Positions 19,029 to 29,675 of a stretch of 64,000 nt of DNA are shown piece by piece (position 1 is the stretch's first letter; every line of letters begins with the position of its first letter). The DNA is from an uncultured Methanosarcinaceae archaeon. Lineage in GTDB: Archaea; Halobacteriota; Methanosarcinia; Methanosarcinales; Methanosarcinaceae. The DNA lies in assembly GCA_963847185.1 (NCBI GenBank), contig CAWJYV010000010.1:576001-640000 (forward strand), given 5' to 3'. The notes under the pieces are model-generated. The model was not told the origin of the DNA. It worked only from the letters and a program-made list of their open reading frames with translations, and ran no database searches. Made by a program: the position numbers and the translations under genes.

Positions 19029-22000
19029 ATGGTTATTTCAGAATTAGCTTTAGGTTTTCTTACTAACCTGATATATGATTCTTCCAAGAAAATCCCTAAA
19101 GAAATTTTTGATACTTACTCGAAAGTATATGAAAAGGCAATTGAAGAGTTTTCAAATAAGAATTATAAATTGAATGGAATACAAATTGATACTTTTTTTC
19201 ATCAGAAAAACGTGGAAACAGCAATCGAAGAATACCTGAAAAACCCGGATAAAGCTTGATTGTTCAAATATTTTAATTCAAGAGTTTTTTGAATTATTCA
19301 GTGAGGAAGATTTCTCCCGCGAAGATGCAGACTTAATCTTAAACACTTTTTTGAAATTCTAGATGCTGAGATTGAGAAATATCCTGAACTTATAATATAT
19401 CTTGATCATTACTTAGCAAAACAAACATATGAAAAGTTCAAGAGACAAATCAAGGAGTTCATGAGCTATCTCAAGAATCAAAGAAATATCTCAAACAGTT
19501 CAGGAAATACACAAAGTGGTTAATGGAAGTAGAGCAGATAAAAGTAGAAAAGAATTAGATGCAGATTTCGATGAATCAATAAAAAAATACTTGAACAAAA
19601 TAATAGATGAAGAAGGCAGAACCGAAATTAGTGAAGTATATACCGAACTTTCAGCCAAAGAAATTTTGCCAATAACCCTCAAATTCCGCGATGAGGAAAA
19701 CGATAAAACACAAGAATTTGAGGTTCTTGAGCTTGTTGAAAAAGAAGAAAAGCTTATCATTTCCGGGGAATCAGGTTCTGGAAAAACAACTACACTTAAA
19801 TGGTTAAATTACACCTTTGCCACAAAGTTATCTTGAGGGAAAAAACGAAAACATTCCCCTGTACATTGAATTAAATTCTTACATAGGTGAAGAGGTTCAT
19901 AAAGAAGCCTTTTGATGCATACGTCACGATGAAAGCAGAAGGGAAAGAATATCAGAGGACACTCTTAAAAACGATACTTAAAGGAAAAGCAATTATTCTT
20001 CTCGATGGCTTTGACCTACTTTCACCTACCGATGAGTTCTATCCCTATGACAAAATTTCCAATTTCATTTCCGAATACAGCAACTGCAGATTTGTTATTT
20101 CTTCAAGACCAGGTTTTTTTGAGAGTATAAAAAGTAGATTTCAAAGTTTCGGAATTGGAAAAACTAACCGATGAAAAAATCGAGATATTCATAAATAGCT
20201 ATGTTTCAGAATAAAGAACTAGAAAATATTCTCAATAGATAAAATCCTTGAGCAATCAACAGTTAAAATCTATATTTTCAAACCCAATGATGCTTTACAT
20301 CGCCATCAAAGTTGCAATGGAGAGAAAAGACAAGTCTGATGACTTACTGCCTTCAAACCGTTCTGAATTGTATGAAGCTTTTATTTCTACTCTTTTCAGT
20401 CATCAAGAAAAAAAAGGAAAAATCTCCATGCAGACAGAATACAGATTGAGAATGCTCTTACTGATCTATATTTTAAACTTCAGTGCAGGAATGAAGTTTC
20501 ATGCAAATATTCTGAAGCTCTAAATATTGTCAAAAAAAGCTCTGAAGATTCTATATTCAGAAAAATCACTCCAGGAAATTCTTGAAGATTGTTTCAAACT
20601 TGGACTTCTTAATAAAAAATGATTCTCATGTATCATATGGAATCCACCAGTCTTTTCAGGAATATTTTGCAGCTATAAAGTTAAAAGAGCTTTTTGAAAG
20701 TGGATTTGATGTATCAGAGGCTTTCAGTCATCCAAAATGGGAAGAAGTCGTGATATTTACCTCTGAAATGTGAATTCGGATTTAATTGACGAATTTATTG
20801 ATTCAATGATTTTAAAAGGTGAACTTTTCCTAGCTTCAAAGTGTGTAAATAAAGCAAGTGATGAAATAAAAGAAAAACTGTGTGCTTTACTTGCTGATAA
20901 AATGGATTCTAAGTATAAATTGGAAAAAATAAATTCGATTGAAAGCTTGGAAAGAATTGGAATTATCGGAATCAGTATAATTACCAAAGTCCTGAAAGAT
21001 GAAGAATCGAAGATGTGCGGTGGAATGCGGCAAAGGCACTTGGAAATATAAAATCAGAGAAAGCAGTGCAGTTACTAATAAACGCATTGAAAGATGAAGA
21101 TAAATATATGCGGCGGAATGCGGCAGAAGCACTTGGAAAATAAGATCGGAAAAAGCAGTCCAGCCACTAATCAACGCACTGAAAGATGAAAATGAAGATG
21201 TGCGGCAGGAATGCGGCAGAGGCACTTGGAAATATAAAGTCGGAGAAAGCAGTGCAACCACTAATCAACGCATTGAAAGATGAAAATCCATATGTGCGGC
21301 AGAAGTGCGGCAGAGGCACTTGGAAATATAAAGTCAGAGAAAGCAGTCCAGCCACTAATCAACGCACTGAGAGATGAAGAATTCGTATGTGAGGGGAAGT
21401 GCGGCAAAAGCACTTGGAAATATAAAGTCGAAGAAAGCTATGCAGCTGTTAATCAATCTACTGAAAGATGAAACTACATATATGAAGATGGAGTGCATCA
21501 GAGGCACTTGGAAATATAGAATCAGAAAAAGCTGTGCAGCCGTTAATCAATGCACTGGAAGATGAAGACTATCATTTGTGCGGTGAGAGTGCGGCAGAAG
21601 CACTTGGAAATATAAAGTCGGAAAAAGCTGGTCCAACCATTGATTAATGCACTGAAAGATGAAGATTATGATGTGCGGGAACGTGCGGCAGAAGCACTTG
21701 GAAATATAAGTCGGAGAAAGCGTCCAGCCACTGATCAACGCACTAAGAGATAAAAATGTATGTGAGGGAATGCGGCAGAGGCACTTGGAAATATAAAATC
21801 GGAGAAAGCCGTGCAGCCACTGATCAACGCACTGAAAGATGAAAATTCGTATGTACGGCGGAGATGCGGCAAAGGCACTTGGAAATATAAAATCGGAGAA
21901 AGCCGTCCGACCACTGGTCAATGCACTGAAAGATGAAAATGAATGTGTACGAAGGAGGGCGGCAAAGGCACTTGGAAATATAAGATCGGAGAGAGCTGTG

Positions 22001-22175
22001 CGACCGCTAATCAACTGCACTGAAAGATGAAGATAAATATATGAAGTGGAAGTGCAGCAGAGGCACTTGGAAATATAAAATCGGATGAACAGCTGTGCAG
22101 CCACTGATCAATGCATTGAAAGATGAAGATAAATATACGGCGGAACTGCGGCAGAGGCACTTGGAAATATAAAGT
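19029..22175 (+). pseudogene. Second NACHT-HEAT gene with many 1-bp indels (pseudogene or low-quality consensus)
   Basis: Fragments carry GESGSGKT, ILLDGFD, ISSRPG, NPMML and QSFQEYFAA in switching frames, colinear with 15224..18679, followed by about 12-13 near-identical 93-bp HEAT repeats. Confidence 0.85.
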
Positions 22176-22401
22176 CCATAGAGAATACCGATATGCAAAA
22201 GAGAAAAACTTACCAATTCTTGTTTTCATCAAAGGTGAAAGGAATATAGAACATGAACAGGGAACTGAAACACTATTTAGGGAGATTGAATCTGATGACT
22301 TCAAGTACAAGAGATTCAGAAACGTTATTGAACTAAGGAATGAAGTTAAAGAATCTCTTAAAAAACTGCTTCAAGAAGAAGGTAAATTTTTGAAAAAATA
22401 A
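22175..22401 (+). pseudogene. DUF4062-like C-terminal fragment joined to the last HEAT repeat
   Basis: HREYRYAKEKNLPILVFIKG resembles the EYxxA...PxxVF motif of DUF4062 domains; the N-terminal half is missing. Confidence 0.5.
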
Positions 22402-22631
22402 GAAATTATTTTTTCAATATGATTCTACCAATTCCATATCCTCTTAAGTACATGCAATTTCACAGTAGGATATCTTAAGCAACGTTTTTTTTGTTAATTC
22501 TGGAAAGACCGGCCACTGGCCGGTGAGAGCGCGGGGAAGAGAAATAAAGCTTAAAAAGTGAAACCAGCCCATAGTAAGTAATCAGGCACTAACATAATAT
22601 GTGAGTAGCATTGCGAATATAATTTTTAAAA

Positions 22632-22997
22632 TTATTCCAGCAGTTCCGTATCCTCATGCGAATAAGCCGGCGCACAGCAACAGAGAATTTTCAGCGGCGT
22701 GTTTCCTGTGTTTTGAATTCTGTGAGGAGTTCCGGGTGAAATGCAAATGGTATCTCCTGTTTTGACCTCGATTTCTTCAGAATCCAGAGTCATTATCCCT
22801 TTGCCTTCTGTTATGTGATAGATTTCTTCAGTCAGGCGGTGTTTGTGGAGAAGGGTTTTTCCGCTTTCAGGCACTGTGGCTTCGGCAAGACTTTGATTTG
22901 AGTTGCCGTGGACTGAAGGGCGCATGAGTTCGCGGATTATGGAACCGTCTTTTGTAACGTAAGGTTCTATTTTCTGGTATTCGGTTACTGACTGCAT
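22632..22997 (-). CDS. Cupin domain protein
   Basis: HKHRLTEEIYHITEGKG...GDTICISPGTPHRIQNTG. Confidence 0.9.
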   Translation of the reverse strand: MQSVTEYQKIEPYVTKDGSIIRELMRPSVHGNSNQSLAEATVPESGKTLLHKHRLTEEIYHITEGKGIMTLDSEEIEVKTGDTICISPGTPHRIQNTGNTPLKILCCCAPAYSHEDTELLE

Positions 22998-23129
22998 CCA
23001 AAATTATTGAAACTTGTAATTATATAATCGTTTGCTCACCCAGGGCTTTGGTGATTCAAATACATGTTGATATCCGAATCGAGGTGGTGATTCAGCTCAA
23101 TGGTGGTGATTCTAATCGATAAAGGTGGT

Positions 23130-23783
23130 TCAAATCGATGGTGGTAATTCATCTTCTTGCAATAGCTCTGAAATAAACAAGGAACAGTCCGGAAGCTTCT
23201 CAGTATCTACCATAATCAAGTTAAGGTAATAAGGACCTCCTCGTTTTATATCTAGAGGAACGGGATCAACAAATTCCAGGACATCAGCAGGATGTTTGAG
23301 ATAGAAACCTTCAAGTTCGGGATTATTCAAGTTTTCCTTGCTGGGAAGGCCTATAGCATAGATTGTGGAATCTAAAAGAGTTTCGGTTTTTGCATCCAGA
23401 ATAAGTGCAAAAAAGGAATATTGTCCGTGAGGAAGATCAAGCATGTATTTAGTATCCACATCAAGCTCGGATAATAAAAGGTTCTGCGTTCCCTTTTCAT
23501 ATACTATCAGAAGCAATACTTTGTCCTAGGAAAGTAATTCCTGAACCGTGTCAGGTAAAAAAAGGTTTCCGAAAATCAGCTCATACAGATCATACGAAGC
23601 CCCAAAATCATTTCTTATAAACAACAGACCGTCCTCGCTCAACAGAGAATAACCCAGATTACCTTGAAGATCGACTATCGGGTATTTTTTTGCAGAAGTC
23701 TCTTTCCAGAAAATATCAATAGCTTCCTCATCCATTCGAGACAAAAGGTGCATGCATGCTCCTACAACAATTTCTTTCAACAC
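23130..23783 (-). CDS. Hypothetical protein interrupted by an in-frame TAG at 23528-23526 (pyrrolysine read-through candidate)
   Basis: CTT TCC TAG GAC AAA GTA TTG: ORFs 23526..23810 and 23130..23516 share one frame. Confidence 0.65.
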
Positions 23784-24173
23784 TAAACCCCCTCTAATGC
23801 CATAGTTCAACTAATAATTCAACTACGATCAATTTTCTGTTACGAAATAAAAGCGCAATGAATCCCCTATTAAAACTGAAGTTACAGAGTATTATTTCTG
23901 CAGTTTATATTTTACGATTATTATATAAATTTATAACCTTTAAAATAAGATTTTAAGAATACAAAGTTCAAATAATAAAAATCTTAATTTTAAATAGTGA
24001 AAAATGAGATTATAAAAAATAATTTAAATACCAAGTTGGGAGCCTAAGCTCTTAGCTGACAAAGCTCTCAAAGAATAACCTTTTAGCTGGTGAGTTTCCC
24101 GAAAGATAAATTTATAGCTTCCGAAATCCCTAAAAATAAACCATTAGCTGGTAAGCTCCCTAAAAATAAACCA

Positions 24174-25481
24174 TTAGTTGATAAGCTTCCCGAGAAAATA
24201 ACCGGGTTTTGCAGCAACGATTTCCACATCAGCATACTGGCCTGGCTTAAGATTAGAGCCGCTAATGACGACGGGACGATAAGAGTCAGTTCGGGTGAGG
24301 ACATCGCCCATTTCCGTGAATTTCGAGACAAAGGCCCTGCCTCTCCAGCCAATCATTGCCTGCTTGGAATTCAGCTTGACCTGTTCGCAGACCCTGTGTA
24401 ACTCTTGGGAGCGCTTCACAGAAATCCGGGAGTCGAGATTTCGGAAGAAAAAGGCTTTCGTATGCGGACGGGGGGAGTAACGAGATACGTTTACTTTTTC
24501 AGGACGGTACTTCTGTATCCATTCCACAGTTTCTCGGAAATCGTCATCGGTTTCATCGCAAAAGCCTACGATTATATCGGTGAAAAGGGAGAGGTCTTCG
24601 AAACGGGCTCGGAATTTCGTAATGATCATATCCACTGCATCCATTTTGTGCAGCCGGTTCATTTTCTTCAGCACTGAATGAGAGGCTGACTGGATTGGAA
24701 GGTGGAGGAGTTTGAATATCTTATCGGAATCAAAAGCGTCCACAAGGTCATCAAGAATTGGAAGGACTGAAAATGGATTCATCATTCCGACTCTAACCTT
24801 GAAATCGCCAGGGATTTCCGAAATCAGGCACAGAAGCTCCGGAAGTTTGAAACCTGTATCCATTCCGTACTGGCTGTCGTCCTGTGACGTGAGCCAGATT
24901 TCCCTGCAGCCTTCTGCAACTGCAGAACGGATATCTTCAACGATTTCTTCAGGCGGGAAAGATCTAAGTTTGCCTCTTGCATTTCTTACAATACAGTAGG
25001 AACAGGCGAAGTTACAGCCCTGGGAGATCTGGCAGATATGAATATTGGGATTTGTGCGCTCGCGAGGAACGTTCAGAAAGCCTAAGGGCTCAGAGCTTCG
25101 GATCTCAAGGTGTTCTCCTCCGGAAAGCCCCTGCTTTTTTCTCTGTTCGATTAAGGAAAGAAGATCTCCAAGACGGGAAACCGCATTTACGCCCAGGATA
25201 TGGGCTTCCGGATTTGCGTGCAGGATATCTTCAAGCTGGACTTCGGGCATGCAGCCTGAAACTATCACTTCTACATTCCTCTCTCCCATGCTGCGGATTT
25301 TGTAGAGAATCTTTTGCTCGGTTGTGTATTTTACCGTACAGGAGTTGCAGATATAGATTTCTGCCTGGTTGGCATTATGAGGGCCAAGCAGCTCGTGCCC
25401 AAGCTTCTCTACACTGGCCTTCATGATCTCGGCTGATGCCTGGCTTGCTGAACAGCCAAAACTTTCAAGATAAACCTTCAT
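24174..25481 (-). CDS. MiaB-like tRNA methylthiotransferase (archaeal e-MtaB/CDKAL1 type)
   Basis: SFGC, NSCTV and SGC in the UPF0004 domain; CNFACSYC radical SAM motif; C-terminal TRAM-like domain. Confidence 0.92.
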   Translation of the reverse strand: MKVYLESFGCSASQASAEIMKASVEKLGHELLGPHNANQAEIYICNSCTVKYTTEQKILYKIRSMGERNVEVIVSGCMPEVQLEDILHANPEAHILGVNAVSRLGDLLSLIEQRKKQGLSGGEHLEIRSSEPLGFLNVPRERTNPNIHICQISQGCNFACSYCIVRNARGKLRSFPPEEIVEDIRSAVAEGCREIWLTSQDDSQYGMDTGFKLPELLCLISEIPGDFKVRVGMMNPFSVLPILDDLVDAFDSDKIFKLLHLPIQSASHSVLKKMNRLHKMDAVDMIITKFRARFEDLSLFTDIIVGFCDETDDDFRETVEWIQKYRPEKVNVSRYSPRPHTKAFFFRNLDSRISVKRSQELHRVCEQVKLNSKQAMIGWRGRAFVSKFTEMGDVLTRTDSYRPVVISGSNLKPGQYADVEIVAAKPGYFLGKLIN

Positions 25482-25615
25482 ATTTTGACTCTAAATTTTT
25501 TACTTGAATTTATGATTTTAAATCTTGCAGTTGAAATTTGTAGGCTTGAATTGTGCTTCTTAAAAATTATTTTTCAAAAAAGATAATAAATAGGCGAACG
25601 AAATAATAAAAGGAT

Positions 25616-26713
25616 TTAGAGGTAGAGAGGAGTCTCCCGCTTATCCTTTATATAAATACTGTCTGTGAACCTGACAGCTCCTGATGCACCCATGGAGATT
25701 GTGTGCACTCTGGCATCTCCGCCGCCGAAGAGATTGGTTTCTCGCAGGAAATGGCCTGGAGTTACGGCTGTTGCTGAGAAGATGACATCTTTGCCTGGAA
25801 CAAGTTTGTCGGTATCGAGGACATCTTTAAGGTTCTGCAGGGTAATCCCCATTTTTTCAAGCCTTGGCATTTTTTCTTCGATTTCTTCATCGATCTTGTC
25901 CTGGCTTTTTCCGTTTGCGACCGTTGGCAGAACAAGCCTTGCAATGATTTTTCCACCAAGAATCTTTATTGCAGCAGCTGTCAGGACAGCTTCTCCCGAG
26001 CCTCCTGCACCCATAACCATGTGAATGCCTGACCCGCGGACTGCAGTTGCAACGCCTGGCATAAGATCTCCGTCAGTGATCAGCCTTACGCGGGCTCCCG
26101 CTTCCCGAATCTCGGTTATCTTCTGGGCATGCCTTGGCCTGTCAAGAATAACAACAACAAGCTCTTCAATATTTCTTCCAAGAGCCTTTGCAACGATCTC
26201 GAGATTGTGCTTGACAGGTGCATCCAGATCGATTTTTTGATCAGGATGATCCATCTCATAGCGCACAACATCCGGTCCCACAACTATTTTGTCCATATAA
26301 ATATCTGGACCGTGGAAAATTCCGCCTCTTTCAGCCATTGCCATAACAGCAACAGAACCAGGACAACCGTCAGCAGTAAGGTTTGTTCCTTCAAGAGGAT
26401 CGACTGCTATGTCTACTTCAAGATCTCCTATGCCTGTTCCAACCTGCTCCCCTATGTAGAGCATGGGAGCTTCATCCCTTTCTCCTTCTCCTATTTTGAT
26501 TATGCCCTTCATATCAAGCTTGTTTAGCATTCTTCTCATGGCGGCTACAGCTACCTGGTCTGCAAAATGCTTATTCCCGCGCCCCATTTGATAGGCTGCG
26601 GCAATGGCAGCAGCTTCGGTCACCTGAATAAGTCTGGGTAACAGCTCACACTCAATAGGTCCTGAACATTCAATCATTTCTTCTACTGTCTTTGGGTGAG
26701 GTATAACAATCAA
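25616..26713 (-). CDS. glpX: Fructose-1,6-bisphosphatase class II
   Basis: IGEGERDEAPMLYIGE, DIAVDPLEGT, ILDRPRH. Confidence 0.95.
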   Translation of the reverse strand: MIVIPHPKTVEEMIECSGPIECELLPRLIQVTEAAAIAAAYQMGRGNKHFADQVAVAAMRRMLNKLDMKGIIKIGEGERDEAPMLYIGEQVGTGIGDLEVDIAVDPLEGTNLTADGCPGSVAVMAMAERGGIFHGPDIYMDKIVVGPDVVRYEMDHPDQKIDLDAPVKHNLEIVAKALGRNIEELVVVILDRPRHAQKITEIREAGARVRLITDGDLMPGVATAVRGSGIHMVMGAGGSGEAVLTAAAIKILGGKIIARLVLPTVANGKSQDKIDEEIEEKMPRLEKMGITLQNLKDVLDTDKLVPGKDVIFSATAVTPGHFLRETNLFGGGDARVHTISMGASGAVRFTDSIYIKDKRETPLYL

Positions 26714-27061
26714 CTCCCATTACTGCTTCCTGATTACTAAATTTTTCCGGCTATTTCCTCTGCCTGTTATGTAGTTTTGTCTGTTTATGTGCTTTCTTAA
26801 CACAATAGTATATTAATGAATCTATCGGCCGCGTTGGAGACAGATTTTTATCTTATAAAACGCTTATCGCAGAAAGCTCTGCAAATAAAATAACTTCAAA
26901 CACATTTTAAGATTAAATATTAAGTTAAAAAATACAATAAACTCACTAAAAAGGTTTTGCTTTTAAATTTAATGACCTGGAAAGCATGAATTAAAAAAAT
27001 GGCTCAAAAACAAAACTTCGACTCAATGTCCTTCTATTAACCTGTTCAGGGAGAAATAAAC

Positions 27062-27787
27062 GTGAAAATTCACTGCCTCCAGCACCTTAAGAACGAAAAC
27101 CTGGGAAGCATAGGAACCTGGATTTTCCAGAGAGAACACACCCTTATGAAGACCCTGCTTTATGAGAATGCTCTTTTTCCCGAGCCCGAGGAATTTGACC
27201 TTCTTTTGATAATGGGCGGCACTATGAGCGTTTATCAGGAAGAAGAATATCCCTGGCTAAAGCCTGAAAAGGAATTTGTAAGAAAAGTTCTGGAATCCGG
27301 AAAACCAATACTTGGAAGCTGTTTTGGGGCGCAGCTGATTGCCGATGTGCTCGGAGGAAAAGTAACAAAAAACCAATTTAAAGAAATTGGATGGCATAAA
27401 GTCAGATCCGGACAGGGTAAAAATCTCAGCAGTACTATTACAGGCTCGGAACTTCCACTCTATCTGTTTCCAGAATTTATTGCTTTTATGTGGCATGGAG
27501 ACACCTTCGAAATTCCGTCCTGTGCAGTGAAACTTTTTGAGAGTGAAGCTTGCCCGAATCAGGGTTTTATTTACAATGGAAATGTTTTAGGACTTCAGTT
27601 TCATCCTGAGGCTGACAGGCAGTGGGTAAGAAACCTTCTCAATGATTCGGGGCATGAGCTTGTTCCAGGGAAGTATATTCAGTCCGAAAAAGAAATCTGG
27701 GGACAGGAAAGTTATTTTGAAGGATCAAAGGATCTGGCTTTTTCTTTGATGGACTGGTTTGAGAAAAGGTGCAAAAAAGAAGGTTAA
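27062..27787 (+). CDS. Class I glutamine amidotransferase-like protein
   Basis: ILGSCFGAQ nucleophile elbow, WHGDTF, LQFHPE. Confidence 0.9.
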   Translation: MKIHCLQHLKNENLGSIGTWIFQREHTLMKTLLYENALFPEPEEFDLLLIMGGTMSVYQEEEYPWLKPEKEFVRKVLESGKPILGSCFGAQLIADVLGGKVTKNQFKEIGWHKVRSGQGKNLSSTITGSELPLYLFPEFIAFMWHGDTFEIPSCAVKLFESEACPNQGFIYNGNVLGLQFHPEADRQWVRNLLNDSGHELVPGKYIQSEKEIWGQESYFEGSKDLAFSLMDWFEKRCKKEG

Positions 27788-27922
27788 AAGGAAATTCGAA
27801 CGAAAATAGCAGTTCAAATACAAAGGGGAATTTAATAGAAAGAAAATTTTGGGTATAAATGCTAATTCCCGGGATCAGTTCGGAAATAAATGCTAATTTC
27901 CGGGATAACCTCGGTTTTCCTT

Positions 27923-28453
27923 TCATTTTGCAAAGTCAACGAGCGCTACTCTTTCAATCACGAGTTCAGGAATGTGTCCTTCTCCGGAAGCTTCAATCTC
28001 TGCTTCTGTAATCCCGAACTGAGAAAGAATTCCTTTTTTTTTAGGTTCAGAATAAGCAAGCAGCTCGTTACACGGCTTTTCTTCAATTAATTCTCTAATT
28101 GCAGAGAGAGCCAGAATCAGGTTATCCATTTTTCCAAGCAGTACAAAAACCGCATTATTCTCTCCTTCTCGCAGGCCTATGGAAAAACTTCTTTCGATTT
28201 GTCTTTCTCCTGCCGCATAACGCATGATCTCGATTCCTGGATCTTTTGCTATGTTTCTGCCTGCAGCAACTGCCCTGAGAGCCTTTCCAACTGCAAAATG
28301 AAGATGCCTTTCACCTGCAATCAAGTCTGCGTTCAAGCCCTGAATAGTAATTTCATTTTCGGAAGCGATAGAATTTACGGTTTTCAGGAAGCCGGAAAGA
28401 TTCGGGATCCGCACGGTTCCGCAGACTATCTGGATTTCCCTTTGCATTTCCAT
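27923..28453 (-). CDS. cgi121: KEOPS complex subunit Cgi121
   Basis: IQGLNADLIAGERHL...AKDPGIEIMRYAAGERQI...LVIERVAL. Confidence 0.85.
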   Translation of the reverse strand: MEMQREIQIVCGTVRIPNLSGFLKTVNSIASENEITIQGLNADLIAGERHLHFAVGKALRAVAAGRNIAKDPGIEIMRYAAGERQIERSFSIGLREGENNAVFVLLGKMDNLILALSAIRELIEEKPCNELLAYSEPKKKGILSQFGITEAEIEASGEGHIPELVIERVALVDFAK

Positions 28454-28878
28454 GCTCCTGCCATAGTACAGACTTTACAATAAGGATTTCGGTTGTGAGT
28501 GAAAAATTAGTGAAAAAGGGTCGGTAAGATTCAGAAAGCAGACTTTTTTACTACTTGCAGGAACAAACAAGAATGTATTATTAAGCAAACAGAGAAAACA
28601 AGAAGAAAAAATAAGGAGATAAAAGAAAAGCCGAGAACTCTCAAAAAGGGCTATAAATTATTAAACTTTTACGAACCAACTCAACCACAATCAGCCCCAG
28701 CATTACTAAAAAGAAAAGAATCAAAAGGTTGAGAATGATCGGGTCAATTATTCTTCGAACTGCCCCTGGTCCATACACTCAAATTCCCATATATAATAAT
28801 GACAGATTGATATATAATTATTTTCATAATTTTATATTTTTCAACTCCATATAATATCAATGTTTACTGTCACTGTTC

Positions 28879-29661
28879 TCATGTTACCCCTTTTTGATCG
28901 CCTTCTTCAATTACCTTGACAAAGTGTCTGTCCGATAGATCTTCTTTTCCGGACCAGAAGATCGCCTTATGGTATTTCCAGACATCAGGGTCAAACTCAA
29001 GGATCCCTACATGGACTATAACCTCAAAGACAAACCAGTACGCTGCAAGCAGATGTAATACACGGATTAATCCTAAAGCACTCATATTAAATGGAGATGC
29101 AATAAACCAGAATATAGAAAGAATCCATTGTGAGATCGGAATTCCAAAAGGACTCCAGGTAAGGCTGTAAAGTACCATTCCTGTAATTGCAACCAGGAAA
29201 ATTGCAGTGCTTTCGAAAATAATCAAAAGCTTGAGTCCTGGATGGAGTTTTGTTTTATAGTGTTCATCAGGCTCGTCATAGATCGTAAAAGCCGGATATT
29301 TGCCCTTCCCGAAAAAGTTCTTGATTATATCTACAAGGCGTTCTGCATCAGCTTTCCCAAACAGATAAGATTCCTTGAAATGCTCCAGCCTGTCTTTAAC
29401 ACCACACCTTTCCCCTTTGCAGGATAATATGTTGTAAGGAACCAGAAGCCAGTTTGCAACCAGGAAAAAAGGTACAGCAATCATGTGTAGAGTCCGAGCT
29501 GTTTGGAAAGACATGAAGCCCCAGAGAAAATAGATTTTGAATCCTGTAATAAGAAGGATAAACAGGGCAATAAGATGCACCAGATGAGTAAGCCTCTCAA
29601 GCCAGTTATAACGTAAAACAATTAATCTCCTGGAAGCTGGTCTTTCAGCGGATCGTACCAT
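28879..29661 (-). CDS. vhxC: Hydrogenase cytochrome b subunit (Vhx operon)
   Basis: ERLTHLVH, TLHM, LHLL and IVHV His-bearing TM helices; paralog of vhtC. Confidence 0.85.
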   Translation of the reverse strand: MVRSAERPASRRLIVLRYNWLERLTHLVHLIALFILLITGFKIYFLWGFMSFQTARTLHMIAVPFFLVANWLLVPYNILSCKGERCGVKDRLEHFKESYLFGKADAERLVDIIKNFFGKGKYPAFTIYDEPDEHYKTKLHPGLKLLIIFESTAIFLVAITGMVLYSLTWSPFGIPISQWILSIFWFIASPFNMSALGLIRVLHLLAAYWFVFEVIVHVGILEFDPDVWKYHKAIFWSGKEDLSDRHFVKVIEEGDQKGVT

Positions 29662-29675
29662 ATTTCTAGCCTCCT

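Noticed and set aside
20985-22175. CRISPR array or diversity-generating retroelement
   Set aside because: The period is 93 bp and the units encode HEAT repeats. There is no reverse transcriptase and no TR/VR pair with adenine-specific differences.
22508-22524. GC-rich 8-bp inverted repeat ACCGGCCA-C-TGGCCGGT
   Set aside because: A single short palindrome with no second copy noticed in the window, so too little to assign a function.
24090-24401. 103-aa plus-strand ORF with KNKPL repeats
   Set aside because: Arises from the 30-bp tandem repeat and is antisense to the methylthiotransferase gene.
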